From contig OX597835.1 in NCBI GenBank assembly GCA_951406725.2, forward strand, positions 29,946,001 through 30,010,000: DNA of 64,000 nt, read 5' to 3'. A model generated the notes under the pieces. It saw only the letters and a list, made by a program, of their open reading frames with translations, was not told where the DNA came from and made no database searches. The position numbers and the translations under genes are program-made. Positions within the stretch are counted from its first letter, which is position 1. The number at the start of each line of letters is the position of its first letter. Source of the DNA: Octopus vulgaris. Taxonomy: Eukaryota. Below, one piece after another: positions 27,868 to 41,930 of the stretch.

Positions 27868-28318
27868 TAGGCGTAGGAGTGGCTGTGTGGTAAGTAGCTT
27901 GCCTACCAACCACATGGTTCCTGGTTAGGTCCCACTGCGTAGCACCTTGGGCAAGTGTATTCTACTATAGGCTCGGGCCAACCAAAGCCTTGTGAGTGGA
28001 TTTGGTAGACGGAAACTGAAAGAAGCTTGTCTTATATATGTATATAAATATGTGTGTGTATGTGTGTATGCGTGTGTGTGCATGTGTGTGTGTGTGTGTA
28101 TACGTTCGTGTGTCTGTGTTTGTCCTTCCAACATCGCTTGACAACCGATGCTGGTCTGTTTATGTCCCCGTAAATTAGAGGTTCGGCAAAAGAGACGGAT
28201 AGGATAAGTACTAGGCTTACAAAAAATAATTCTTGGGGTCGATTTGCTCGACGAAAAGGCGGTGCTGCAGCATGGCCACAGTCAAATGACTGAAACAAGT
28301 AAAAGAGTAAAAGAGTAT
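27868..28318 (+). mobile_element. SINE family B, full length
   Basis: Same blocks as above; further degenerate pieces at 28410-29140. Confidence 0.88.
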
Positions 28319-28760
28319 AGTACTACGTTATTCTGAAACAAGCTCTATACAGTACTTTAACATGTTCCTAACGTAATACAACATAACTCTCTGTCTGTCC
28401 GTCTCTCTGTTTATTTTTACAGTCATTAGATTGCAGACGTGATGGGGATTTGCCTTGAAGAATTTTCAGTCAAATTATCGACCCCATTAATTTTTCTTTC
28501 TTTTAAGCCTGATACTTATTCCATCGGTCTCTCTTACTGAACATTTAAGTTATGCGGACGTAAACACACCAACACCGGCTGTCAATCGGCGGTGGGGCGC
28601 CAAACACAGATACACACAGACACAGAGAGACAGACTCAGGCACACACACACACCATACATATGTGTGTGTGTGTGTGTATATATATGTATGTATATATAT
28701 ATATGTATATATGTATATATATATATATACATACACACACACACACACACAAACACACAG

Positions 28761-28804
<44 letters not shown>

Positions 28805-29184
28805 GCATATATATCTATTTATGTATGTATGTATAGTGAAAAGAAGCTTGCTTCGGATTCAGTCCCGCTGCGTGGCACATTGGGAAAGTGACTTCGGCCA
28901 ATCATTGCCTTGTGAGTGGAAATGTTTGATGGAAACTGAAAGAAGCCTGTCATAATTATATATATATATAAATATATATACGGGCTCCTTTCAGTTGCCA
29001 CCTACCAAATCCACTCACAAGGCATTGGTCGGCCGAAGGCTAGAGTAGAAGACCCTTGCCCAATGTGCCATGCAATGAGACTGAACTCGGAACCATATAG
29101 TTGGGAAGCAAGCTTCTCAACACACAACTACTCCTGCACCCATCTATATATATACACACACATACACAGACACAGACACACACA

Positions 29185-29241
<57 letters not shown>

Positions 29242-30018
29242 ATATATATATATATAATTATTTTTGTTTTTATTATTCTGATATGTTTCAATATATAAGT
29301 CAAGCTAACTAGCAAGGGCAAAAGGAAGTCAATAAAAAGGGACGAGACGGGGTAGGGATTAGGGGAGGAGAGGAGAATAATGGGGAGGAGTGTTGTAAGG
29401 CCTTTAATCTCTTCATCAGAACACTCAACAAGAACGAAGAAATGGCAACGACAATGCTGGAATTCCTTGTTCCAGTTTTAAAACCATGTTTGCCGTCTTT
29501 CCGACTCTTGTATGATTGAAGAAAGGATGTGGAAGTGAGTGGGAGAGATAGGGAGCCGGTAGTAAGGGAAAAGAGGGGTGACAGAGGAAGAGAGGGAAAG
29601 TGAGAGTGAGTGAGAGAGACATATATACGTAGCGAAGTGATAAGCATTTTAAGCACGTTTGCCCTCTCTCTCTCTTTCTCTGTTGTGCGTGTATGTATTT
29701 GTGGATACACACCCACCCACACAGACACCCTCCTACATACATATGAGTTTGGGTAAATATATTATCCGAACAGATACCGTATTGGCTCTCAGCTATTTTC
29801 CAGTTGACGGCTAACCACTTCGATCAGGATTTAATAGTCTGTGACTATTAGTTGTTGGTAGTCAGTCCGTGAATTCTTCCGATGGGTAATTCCATGTACT
29901 CCCCACAAGACGGTAAAACTTGTCTGGAGTATATATTATTAAGAATAAAATGAACGGAGAATTGTCTTTCCACAAAGTTAATTTATTATTTTATATAGCA
30001 CGTGTGTTTGTCTGTGTT

Positions 30019-30100
<82 letters not shown>

Positions 30101-30263
30101 TGTATGTATGTAGTCAATTCCCAAAATTTCAGAGAAAAAGAAAAGAAATACAAACAAACGCTTGGACTTGGCAGAAGCAATGTATAAATAAGACACCTAG
30201 AGAAAGGAAGGAGTCTTACGTACGTTTCGAGCATAACACTTCTTCGGAAACAGGAAGGAACAG

Positions 30264-30306
<43 letters not shown>

Positions 30307-30307
30307 A

Positions 30308-30983
30308 TGGTGTGTTATGAGAATTTATGGAAAGGTATCCCTCAGAAACTCAAAAAAATTGTTAAAGATAGAGAAGATTGGAGAAAATGTTAAAATTTGA
30401 GAAGAATTTTTGTACATGCATACGATCGTTTCGAATAGCGATATTAACTTGTAAATAACATGGTGGAATAATTTAGATCCATTATTTAAACTAAATTAAA
30501 TTAAATTAAATTAATTCCCTATCACTTTCCGAATCTTGTATGATTGAAGAAAAGATGTGGAAGCAGAGTGGGTGAGAAAGATAGTAAGAGCCGATAGTAA
30601 GGTAGAGCAGGGATGAGAGAGGAAGACAGAGAGGGAAAGCGAGTGTGACTGAGAGAAACATATATGCGTGGCGAAGCGATAGCTTTTTAAACAGGTTTGT
30701 CCTTCCTCTCTCTTTCCCTGTTGTGCGTCTATGATTATGTGTGGATACACATTCACCTGCACACCCACCCATCCAACCCCCGCCACATATATATTAGTAA
30801 TTAATTGAACTTAATTAAAATAATTTTAATTATTCTACCATGTTATTTACTTATTAATATCGCTGTTTGAAACGATCGTATGCATTTATTAAAATTCTTT
30901 TCAAATTTTAACATCTCTTCGCATTCTTTTAACAATTTCATGAGTTTCTATGGGATAATTTCCATAAATTCTCATAACACGCC
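30308..30983. repeat. Diverged ~190-bp inverted repeat enclosing a copy of the repeat at 29495-29740
   Basis: ggtgtgttatgagaatttatggaaa...catacgatcgtttcgaatagcgatatt (left) mirrors aatatcgctgtttgaaacgatcgtatg...tttccataaattctcataacacgcc (right). Confidence 0.8.
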
Positions 30984-31199
30984 TATAGATTTAATAATTT
31001 CATATTCGCAAAAATCTTACGGCAACAAGCTACCAACGAAATATGAAGAATCATTCAGATCTATATTTAAGAAATGAGAATTATGAGTTCGATTCCAGAC
31101 AGTGATCTGAATAATAATAATTATAACAACAACAACAACAGCAGCAACAGCAACAACAACAACAACAACAACAAAAACAACAACAACAACAACAACAAC

Positions 31200-31244
<45 letters not shown>

Positions 31245-31246
<2 letters not shown>

Positions 31247-31763
31247 GCTAGATGCGAATACGCCAGAAATCATATTGAAAGACTTCAGACAAAGATCATG
31301 CCTCCTCATTGATATGACTGTCCCAATCGATATAAATGTATCTGTCAAGACCTACTAAAAGCTGAGCAAATATAAAGATCTTGAAATAGAAATCAGCAAA
31401 ATGTGGAACCTGAAGACTAAAACAATACCTGTTGTCATAGGTGCCCTGGGAATGATAGCAAAAGGGGCTGATCGCTACCTAACTCAGATACCAGGAAACC
31501 CCAAAATGGCAGAAATTCAAAAGATAGTGCTCATGGAAACTGCTCATATCCTGCACAAAATACTTTCTTTGTAATCTCAAGGTTTAAAACAAACAATTTT
31601 CCTATGGTTTCTTAAACATTCACTAGTACAACACTAAGTACAAAACCAAATATATGGCACCCTAGGCATAACATCAACATGAACTTCCAACTTGTTGTCT
31701 CTTGAGGTCTCTGGGTGAGACTTGGAGCCAGCTTGTACAAATGTAAAGCAAAAGTCAAACATA

Positions 31764-31764
<1 letters not shown>
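31245..31764 (+). mobile_element. 3' fragment of an R4/Dong-like LINE (restriction-like endonuclease region) in (AAT)n
   Basis: ANTPEII...CLLIDMTVP...K..*KLSKYKDLEIEISKMW.LKTKTIPVVIGALG...IQKIVLMETAHIL matches the PD-(D/E)xK RLE C-terminus. (AAT)n lies on both sides, as known for Dong elements. Confidence 0.85.
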
Positions 31765-31825
<61 letters not shown>

Positions 31826-32362
31826 TGATGCAGTACCAGGCAGTGGCTCTCGTGGCTTCTGATCTTAACTGAATGGAAGTGTTATCATGTACATTGATTT
31901 GTCTTGGTATAAAAGCTGGGCTACAGCAAATATTCTGCTCAATACCACAGATTTGCTTGTCAGTTGTATGACCTTAACCAGTTGAGCAAGCCCCCTAGTG
32001 ACTGACGATATGTGCTTCTCTGATCACGAGCAGAAGTAGTGGGGGAGCATAATAGCCATGTGTTGAGACGGATTCTTTGGGGTTTGAATAATTCACCTTT
32101 GGAAACATGGATGTTTCGTTCAACTTCCTTAAACAACCCTTATTCAGGGACCTTTTGAGCGGGATGGGTTACTTGACCAGAAGGAAATTCTAACTGGGCC
32201 CCACCTATATTTATCTTGATATGAGATCACCATGTCGCGCACATGTTGTTGTGATGCATGTACCTAGTGTACCCTTATCAGACAGATGGTCATGATGGAT
32301 GTACTGGGCCTCGTATAATATACCCTAGTGTCACTTTGATGGCATGCACTGCTCCCTCACTC
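31826..32362 (+). repeat. Dispersed non-coding repeat flanked by (AAT)n; partial inverse copy at about 47300-47630
   Basis: The segment gcaaatattctgctcaataccacagatttgcttgtcagttg...ggattctttggggtttgaataa recurs reverse-complemented at 47300-47630. It ends in an (AAT)n tail. Confidence 0.6.
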
Positions 32363-32459
32363 AATAATAATGAATGATAATAATAATAATAACATTATTA
32401 TTATTATTATATTGTCCCTATTTGTTTTGCGTTCGGCCCTTGTGGCCAATAAAGAGACG

Positions 32460-32600
<141 letters not shown>

Positions 32601-33250
32601 CGTCTCTTTATTGGCAACAAGGGCCGAACGCAAAACAAATAGGGACAATATAAAACTGGGGATACGTGGGGTTTAACATAAAAGTCGAGTAAACAATAAA
32701 ATAACATTGACAACAATACAATGAAATAATAAAACTTCCCTAAAAAGAAGAGTTCCTCGCAAGGACAACCAAGGGACCCAAACATTCTGGTTACCCCGAC
32801 CGCCAGGTGCACCACAGCCGACGTTTCCTTCCTGAAAACCTCTAGTTTACAAACGAATGTTCAGTGCAGGTTCATTCATACGGGCCATCCTCGCCACATG
32901 AATCCACATTTCAACATATTTATTCAGGGCGAGGGGTGGCGGAACGTTCCTGTCTACTCTCACTTTCCTTTGCAAGTGGAACTTGAAAATATCGATGAGG
33001 GCCGAAGAGGAAAGTGTCTGTCTTCAGTCCTTTCGTCCACCACACTACCTCTATTACCATAGCCACCAGACAGAAGAAAACTACCTTTTCTTCCCGGTCA
33101 AAGGCGGCGGGGCGATCGTCACGATGGACTCGACTGATAACCGAATTCGTCCTACACGCGACTACAACTGTTCGACAATACTCCACAAGTCAGTAATGCA
33201 CGGATACTGTTTCGTCGTCCTGCAGAAACCTCAGCCAGGTTCGTCGTGAC
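32601..33250 (-). mobile_element. 3' fragment of a related Tx1-like LINE with (ATT)n tail
   Basis: Frameshifted translation (FDREEKVVFFCLVAMVIEVVWWT-KGLKTDTFLFG) aligns to the C-terminus of the 9686..12145 ORF (FKREGRAIFFILVAMAKECIWWTRLKGLETNTFLSG). The 3' end is GCCAATAAAGAGACG(ATT)n. Confidence 0.85.
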
Positions 33251-33567
33251 AGCACCTCCGAGTCTGTAGAAGTCAAGTTAAGCGGGATTCGAACTCAGAA
33301 GATGAACGGGAATGAACTTAACGATTATGCAACGTGATTTTTTTGAAAAATAAATATTTGAAGAACTAGCCCAAGGCCATAAACAAACGAGTGAGAGGAA
33401 AAACGTTCTGATGTTCCCAATCCCAAATATGTGACTGGTATTTATTTTATTTTATCAAATTCAAAAAGATGAAAGCTAAGGACGGCCGCGATGGGCGGTA
33501 TGAAACCGGAATGTTAAATAAAAAAAAGAAAATTAACATAAGAAATAAGTAATATATATATACATAC

Positions 33568-33622
<55 letters not shown>

Positions 33623-33632
33623 CACTCTTTTC

Positions 33633-33673
<41 letters not shown>

Positions 33674-34135
33674 GAAATGCAAGAAAATGCATAGAACAAA
33701 GAAAATTAGCGGGTGTAAAAGAATCTTCCCACCCGGTTGAAAACAAATAAACAATTATGCACACACGCACACACGCACATACACACACGCACACAAACAC
33801 ATATACACACACACATTACACACTCTCCCATTCTCTCTCACATATGTACCTACACACACGCACGCACGCACACACATGCATAATGCATACATGTATACGC
33901 ACTTGCGTATCAAGTGTCTGAGTTAAAATGTAAAATATACTTGCCTAAACTACCACCACCACCACCAACCCCATCACCGCTGCCGCCGCAACCAATGACA
34001 ACAACAACAACTACTACTACTACTACTACTATACTGACACCACCATCTCTAGTACTACTACTGCTACTAGTATCACTACTACCAGCACCGCTACTACTAA
34101 TAACACCACCACCACCGCAATAAATAACAACAACA

Positions 34136-34185
<50 letters not shown>

Positions 34186-34700
34186 GATTACGACTACTAC
34201 TGCTACTGCTACTGAGGATAACAATAAGCAAGATAGAAACCGAAGTGGTTTTCTCCAATGGCGATGGTAATTTCTCGTTGGAATGTTGTAATATTTGGTG
34301 CGAGAATGTTTGTAATGAGAGGAGGATGGTGTCCTTGATGAGTTACTAATTACAGAATGCGAGAAAAGAATGAAGGGAAGGAGAAGAAGGAAAAGAAAGA
34401 GAAAGGGAATGAAAGGTGAAAGAAGGAGATAAAGAGAGTGAAAACAACAGGGCAAGCGATGGGGAAAGAAAAGTTGTACAGGTGCGAAAAAACAACAATG
34501 TTGTTTGAGGTATTTCACAGATAATAGGTGTGTAAGTGTGTGGCTGTGTATTTGCTTATACTCATACATCTATATGGACGTGTGTGTATGCATGTGTGTA
34601 TATGTATATGTGAGGCGCAGTCATGGCTGTGTGGTAAGACGCTTGTTTTTCCTTGCCACATGGTTCCGGGTTCAGTTCCACTGCGTTGCACCTTGTCTTC

Positions 34701-34788
<88 letters not shown>

Positions 34789-35108
34789 TACATATATATA
34801 TATATATATGTATGTATGTATGTATATAAGTATGTATGCATATATATGTATGTACATATCTGTGTGAGTGTGTGTGCTTTTTGTTTCTGTGTTTGTCCCC
34901 CACCATCGCTTGACAGTAAGCTAGCGGCTCGGCATCTATCTATCTATCTATAGTAATGGATGTAATGTATGAATGTGTGTGCAGTGGCCCACCAACAAAA
35001 TTTGCTAAGGGGGTGCAAACCGAGGTCCTAATTTTTTAATGAAAAATGTGGATTTTTCCAATGTTAACATTAAAACAAATGCAGGTATAATAATAATTTT
35101 TATTATTA

Positions 35109-35600
35109 TGAGGGTCGGCTGAAATGTTCATAATCTGAGCAAGGCACTCAATGGAATGTGACCAAATGAAGTTCATTTTCTAACATAGTTCCTCTTACTG
35201 TCCACACACTTCCATTAGTAGTTGCAGTGCTTGGGTCGCACTGGTGAAGAAGTTTTTCTGTTGATCAAAATGGTCATCAACAACAGATAAGATGTTCTCA
35301 TCATAGTGATACTGGTGCTCAGCTGAGTGTTTTTCTATGTTGGAAAACAGATGTTAGCTAGAAGGAACCAAATCACTAACATAGGGAGGATGATCAACCA
35401 GTTCAAAGCCAGTCACACACAGCAGCCATTGAAACCAAGGGCTTATGTACTGAAGCATTGTCCTAATGAAATAAGACCCCATTCATCAGTTTTTCTTGGT
35501 GTTTGGTGTTGATAGCCTTTCATAACTGCCTTAGGAAGTTGGTATTAAAATTTTCCATAGATGGTGTGATCATTTTGAAGATAGTCAATAAACACAATAT
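35109..35600 (-). mobile_element. Degenerate mariner transposon 3' part
   Basis: TA + TGAGGGTCGGCTGAAATGTTC TIR-like end. Minus-strand GVLFH*DNASVH and VDHPPYVSDLVPSS correspond to mariner HQDNA and HPPYSPDLAPSD. Confidence 0.8.
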
Positions 35601-35965
35601 TTTTTTGCATTAATGCATAGTATATGTAATAATGTGAAGTATATTTTGCATATTAAAATGTTTAATTTTAGAAATGTATCAAACAGAGCTAAAATAAGCA
35701 GTAAAAATACAAATTGCAAGTATTTCAAAATGTGGGACACTACATGACAAAAACTAACAAAATAAAAAAAAGGAAGAAAATAGTAGTGCTTGCGTCACAA
35801 AGGTACAATGAGAAGGCTTAGGAGAGGGATAGAGAGATGGGGTTGAGGGAAGGAAGTTAAAAGGAAAGAAAAGAATGAAAAGTGAAAAGATAAACTCGGG
35901 ATCTGAAATGAGTACTAGGCAGGAAATTGGTCCCTGTGCCGTTGGCACTAGGTAGATAGAGAGCC

Positions 35966-36020
<55 letters not shown>

Positions 36021-36401
36021 GAAGGATAAAGACAGACAGACAGAGAGACAGAAAGAGATAGGAAAGAATACAGGGTTTAAAATATAGATAATACTGGACA
36101 AATAAGTGTCAGCATCCCATACACAAGCTCTCTCTTTCTTCCATACACACACATGCGCGCGCACGAGTACACAGTTATAGCTCTATGTTCCCTTGTACAT
36201 GTAGACAGGCATACGTATAGATGGGCAAAGAGTTCGAAGCATCTGGCCAACAGCTGAACTCTAGGATTGTGTGACCTCGCTCCTCGAAACGAAATAGAAG
36301 AAGGAGAGAAATAAAGAAAAATCATCTTTAATTTCGAAATTATATGCGCGAGAGGAGAAACGTGAGATAAGTAGATACAGTGAGAAAGAGATAGGTAGAT
36401 G

Positions 36402-36512
<111 letters not shown>

Positions 36513-36831
36513 TAATAGGTAGATAGATAGATATATAGATAGATAGATTGATAGATGGATAGATGGATGGATGGATGGATGGATGGATGGATGGATGGAT
36601 GGATTGATGGATGGATGGATGGGTGGATGGATGGATGGATGGATGGATGGATGGATAGATAGATAGATAGATAGATAGACTGATAGATAGATGGGTGGAT
36701 GGATGGAAAGATGGATAGATTGATGAACAAATGGATCTTCATAGTCATGTATAATGTATGTGGTGATTGACGATTTAAAGTCTTTTTCTCAGCATATTGG
36801 CATAGAAATGTTTTTCTTTTGCCCTTATTTA

Positions 36832-36877
<46 letters not shown>

Positions 36878-37016
36878 ATAATTTAGGGTATCTAAGAGAT
36901 ACCGCCACGCTGGAAATAGCAGTCAAAACTTGGCTCTAAAACCACATTAAATGTTCATCCAATACCAGGAGAGAAGACAAAGAGACAAAATAAACAAGGA
37001 AAAAGATTACTGGATA

Positions 37017-37075
37017 ATTCCAGATCCCGGATTTCTGACTTTGCATAAGAAATGATTTGCCTTCATCAGAGGAAT
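37017..37075 (-). ncRNA. Hammerhead-like motif, same family as 50018 (element about 36878-37078)
   Basis: Minus strand ATTCCT-CTGATGA-A-GGC...GTC-A-GAAA-TCCGGGA-TC-TGGAAT. Confidence 0.5.
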
Positions 37076-37094
37076 ACAATCAGATAGCACATAA

Positions 37095-37147
<53 letters not shown>

Positions 37148-37228
37148 ACATACGATATACTTACATATACGAACGTATACATACGTATATATGCACGTAT
37201 GCACACACGACCAATCTTTCTGTCTATA

Positions 37229-37282
<54 letters not shown>

Positions 37283-37431
37283 GATAGATAGATAGATAGA
37301 TTGACAGGAAGACAGACAGAAGGACAGAGAGCGAGAGAGAGAGGAGAGAGAGAGAGACAGATAGATATACAAACAGGCATACATACATACATACATACAT
37401 ATATACATACATACAGATAGATAGATAGATT

Positions 37432-37464
<33 letters not shown>

Positions 37465-38221
37465 AGACCGACAAATGGTAGAAAGATAGATAAACAGATA
37501 GGGAGAAAGACAGACAGATAGATAGATAAATAGGTGGATGGATAGATTAATAGATAATTAGAAAAAAGTGGGAGAGTGTGAGTAAGTATGGTAAGTGTTT
37601 AACAGCTGTAGGGAATGTCTTGGAGCAAAAGGGTTTGCGTGCCATTCTCTTGTCGAACGCCAGTTTGTAATTTGTAAAGTTTACAACAGAGGAAAGACGA
37701 AATTGGATAAATTCTCTTGTTTTGGTTTCAGTTTGATGCTGTTAGCTTGAAAGTTAGACGGGCGATAATGATTATTTCGATAGCTGGTATGTTATGTGAG
37801 CATAGCTTTTGAAACGAGAGTTTGTCGGCGAAGTGTTTTGTTAATTTGAAAATTAAAACTCAAGTGACACGGTGGTTCGTTGATTTGGATTGTTTGTTGT
37901 TGTTGTTGTTGTAGTTGCTATTGTTGTTGTTTTGGTTCTTATAATTGTTGCTTTCGTTGTTGTTGTTGTTGTTTTTGTGAGACGGTGTTTAGGATTGAGT
38001 TTCGGGTTTGGCCCATCGCTGGAGGAAGTTGACGCAAACAATTTATATGTATAGGCGCAGGTATGGCTGTGTAATAAGAATCTTGATTCCCAAACACATA
38101 AGTTCAGGGTTCAGTCCCACTGCCTGGCACCTTGGTCAAGCGTCTTCTACTGTAGCTTCGGGCCGACAAACCCTCGTGAGTGAATTTAATTGGCGGAAAC
38201 TGGAAGAAGTCTGTCGTATTA

Positions 38222-38258
<37 letters not shown>

Positions 38259-38463
38259 GTGAAATAGAAAGATGAATAATCTTGTAGCAGATTAATCAAA
38301 AGTTTAACCGATACCTTGGTAGCAAAAATCACAGCAGAAGACAGCACGGTTGGAGGTACAACCATATGGTGTTGCAACCGTGCGTTGGTGCGGATAATTG
38401 AATTTTAATATTATTAGTGAATTGAAGAAATGGAGCTGAACGAAGATTGAACAGAAATCGTTT

Positions 38464-38556
38464 TATTTCATTCTACACGTGTTTCGAAAGGCACAATTTA
38501 CCAAAATCCGATTGAATAATGAGACCATATTGTGTCTTTCTCTTCAGGAAGAAATA
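38464..38556 (-). ncRNA. Type I hammerhead ribozyme (mirror copy in the left arm)
   Basis: Exact reverse complement of the 38723-38815 motif. Confidence 0.82.
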
Positions 38557-38722
38557 GGAAATCCGTTGGAAAAAACAAAAACAGAACAGAGGCGGAGCAA
38601 AACAAATCGAACTAGGCTCCTAAGAGCCCATGGTCAAAGAGTTTGACCATGGGCTCTTAGGAGCCTAGTTCGATTTGTTTTGCTCCGCCTCTGTTCTGTT
38701 TTTGTTTTTTCCAACGGATTTC

Positions 38723-38815
38723 TATTTCTTCCTGAAGAGAAAGACACAATATGGTCTCATTATTCAATCGGATTTTGGTAAATTGTGCCTTTCGAAACAC
38801 GTGTAGAATGAAATA
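38723..38815 (+). ncRNA. Type I hammerhead ribozyme (canonical core)
   Basis: Stem I TATTTC-TTC/GAA-T-GAAATA; CTGAAGA at 38732-38738; stem II GAAAGACACAAT/ATTGTGCCTTTC (11 of 12 pairs, G10.1-C11.1); GAAA at 38794-38797; stem III C-ACGT-G; GUA cleavage triplet ending at 38805. Confidence 0.82.
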
Positions 38816-39137
38816 AAACGATTTCTGTTCAATCTTCGTTCAGCTCCATTTCTTCAATTCACTAATAATATATATATATAATAACAAAATAATAAATAAA
38901 ACATATGCATATATACATACATATATGTACGTACCTATATCTATATGTATATATACATGCATATATGGGTACAAGACACCCCAAAAAACGTCGAACACAA
39001 TGAGAAAAGAAAACATAAAAACAAAACCAAGGAAACGGACATTTTTTTAAACAACGAAAAAAACAGAGTAAAAAACATACAACACAAAGAAAATACCCCT
39101 TCTTCAGCCGCCTCTGTTTCGTCTACTCCGTGTTTCG

Positions 39138-39174
<37 letters not shown>

Positions 39175-39732
39175 GTAAGGTGTAACAAGGATTAATAGAT
39201 CCAGGCAGATATCTATAAATCACTTTGTGTTAAAGTAATTTGGTTAACTTGGTCCAATAGTCAAAGATTAGTAAATGTAAGAAGAATAAAAGTCCAAGGT
39301 AATTTTTCAAGTGTGATAGCCAGGTCCAAATATCGCTGAAAAGAATTTCAAGAAATTCAGAATATAGGATATCAAGTATAAGATTGGAGAAAATCACATA
39401 TTTAATTGATGAATGCTCCATGCTGTAGCAAAGAAAATTTCTATTGTACCAAGATATTTAGATACAGAAGAAGGTATAAAATGCCAGTCAAATGAATATA
39501 TGCACAAATGTATGCTAACACAATGTTATCAAGGGGATTTACAACGGTTTCTTAGATATATCATCGCCATGATTGATCACCAGACACTAAACCTTTTTTA
39601 TTCTCTCTCCCTGTTTATTTCTGTGTCCCTTTCTGTCGTAGAGCGTAGGCTCGAAACGTAAAAGAGTTTCACACTTCCCGAGCGTTAAACTAATGCATCT
39701 GTTTGTTGTTAACACACCCGTCTTCGTCTTTT

Positions 39733-39850
<118 letters not shown>

Positions 39851-39958
39851 CATACATACATATATATATATATTTCTCTATGTATACGTATATGTATATA
39901 TATATATAAATATATATATACACACATATACATACATATACATATATGTGTGTGTATG

Positions 39959-40012
<54 letters not shown>

Positions 40013-40201
40013 GTTGAAATTTACAGAAAAACAAAAGACAAAGACAAGTGTATAAACAAAATACAGGTATATTAGTTTAACGCTCGGGAAAGTGAGAAAG
40101 ACTTTTACGTTACGAACCGACGCTCTTCAACAGAAAGGAACACGATGAAATAAAACAGAGAGAAAATACAAAAGACTTTTGGAGTTAGCGACCTGTTGAC
40201 C

Positions 40202-40252
40202 TTTGTCAGTGAAGAGGTCGCGGTTTCAAATCGACGAAAATATTTTGACAAA
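40202..40252 (+). ncRNA. Hammerhead-like motif with C3>G
   Basis: Stem I TTTGTCA/TGACAAA (7 bp); GTGAAGA-G; stem II GTCG/CGAC; GAAA-ATAT-TT. Confidence 0.5.
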
Positions 40253-40455
40253 ACAAATCTAAATGCTGAAGTGAATCTAACGGTTTTTGTGTGATTTTGA
40301 AACGGCTTATAAGCACCTTCCACGCTGCAATTATATATATATATATATATATAAAGACTTGTTTTATTTATATTTCCTGAGCGCCATACTAATACAATTG
40401 TTCGTTTGTTTTCCACCTGCCTTCGTCTTTTGTTTATTTTCATAAAGCTTCCCGT

Positions 40456-40501
<46 letters not shown>

Positions 40502-40542
40502 CACACATAAAAATATATATATATATATATATATATACACGG

Positions 40543-40589
<47 letters not shown>

Positions 40590-41064
40590 TAAATATATAT
40601 ATAAATATATATATATATGTATATATATTTGCGAGTCTGTGTTTGTTAGTCCAACCATCACTTGATCACTTGACAACAGATGTTGGTTGCTTACGTCCCA
40701 TTAACTTAGCGGTTCGGCAAAAGAGGCCGATAGAATAAGTACAAGGCTTATAGCATAAGTACTAGGATTTGTTCGACTAAAACGGGGGCTCCAGCATGGC
40801 CGTAGTTAAATGACTGAAACAAATAAAAGAATACAAGAATAGAATATCTATGTAGATATGTTTGTTTGCGTGTGTATGTGTGTGTGTGTGTATAAATATG
40901 TGTTTAAATGTAAAAGCCTGTGTGTGATATAACATCTCCTCCGCCACCCTCGAATGTTCGGAACTGTCCGTTTTGGTTAAATGTTAAATGCTAACAGAAA
41001 AAAAAACGACAAGACAAGAGAAGAAACGAAATTCCAGTTAAAGAGAAAATTCTTGAGACGACAT

Positions 41065-41239
41065 GGAAACAGCAACAACGACTACAGCAACAATAACAAG
41101 AAGAAGAACAGCAATAGCAACAACTACAAGAAAAACAACAGCAGCATCAAGAATAATACGAACAAGATTGACTACAATAATAACGTCAACGTTCGCTGTT
41201 TCTCAGCTAGTTGAAGAACATTATTATTATCATCGTCGT

Positions 41240-41275
<36 letters not shown>

Positions 41276-41839
41276 TGCCTCCGTCATCATCCTCAGCATC
41301 ATCGCCATCGTCGTCATCATCATCATCATCATCATCATTATCATCATCATCATCATCATCATCATTATCATCATTATCATCATTGTCGTCGTCGTCACCA
41401 GCATCATTATCATCTTTGTCGTCGCCGTCATCGTCACCATCATCATCATCTTCATTATCATCATAGTCACTGTCGTCGTCATCATCATCATCATCATCAT
41501 CATCGTCGTCGTCGTCGTCGTCATCATCGTCATCGTCATCGTCGTCATCGCCATCATCGTCATCACCACAATTATCATCATCATCATCATCATCATCGTC
41601 GTCGTCGTCGTCATCATCGTCATAACCATCATCATCATCATGACCATCATGGAAGCCACCATCACCACCACCACCACCACCACCACCACCGCCGCCGTCG
41701 CCGCCGCCATCCCACTCTCATCTCATCACAAGTAAGCCCCACCGTCACCACAACTACTACCACAACCATCATCGTCGTCGTCATCATCATCATCATCATC
41801 ATCGTCATCGTCATCAACATCATTACCGCCGCCACCAAC

Positions 41840-41871
<32 letters not shown>

Positions 41872-41930
41872 CAAAACAGCAGTAACATTCATCGCAAAAA
41901 TAACAAACAAAAACACAAACAACATCAGTA
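41065..41930. repeat. Compound trinucleotide array (AAC/CAT/CGT/CAC); similar blocks at 7520-8250, 25740-26310, 48770-49040, 62070-62590
   Basis: Direct inspection. Confidence 0.9.

Larger units (their letters stand above)
38408..38871. repeat. Near-perfect 230-bp palindrome (3-nt loop), Penelope-like fold-back element
   Basis: Arms 38408-38638 and 38642-38871 are reverse complements apart from a 1-nt indel; loop GAG. Confidence 0.95.
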
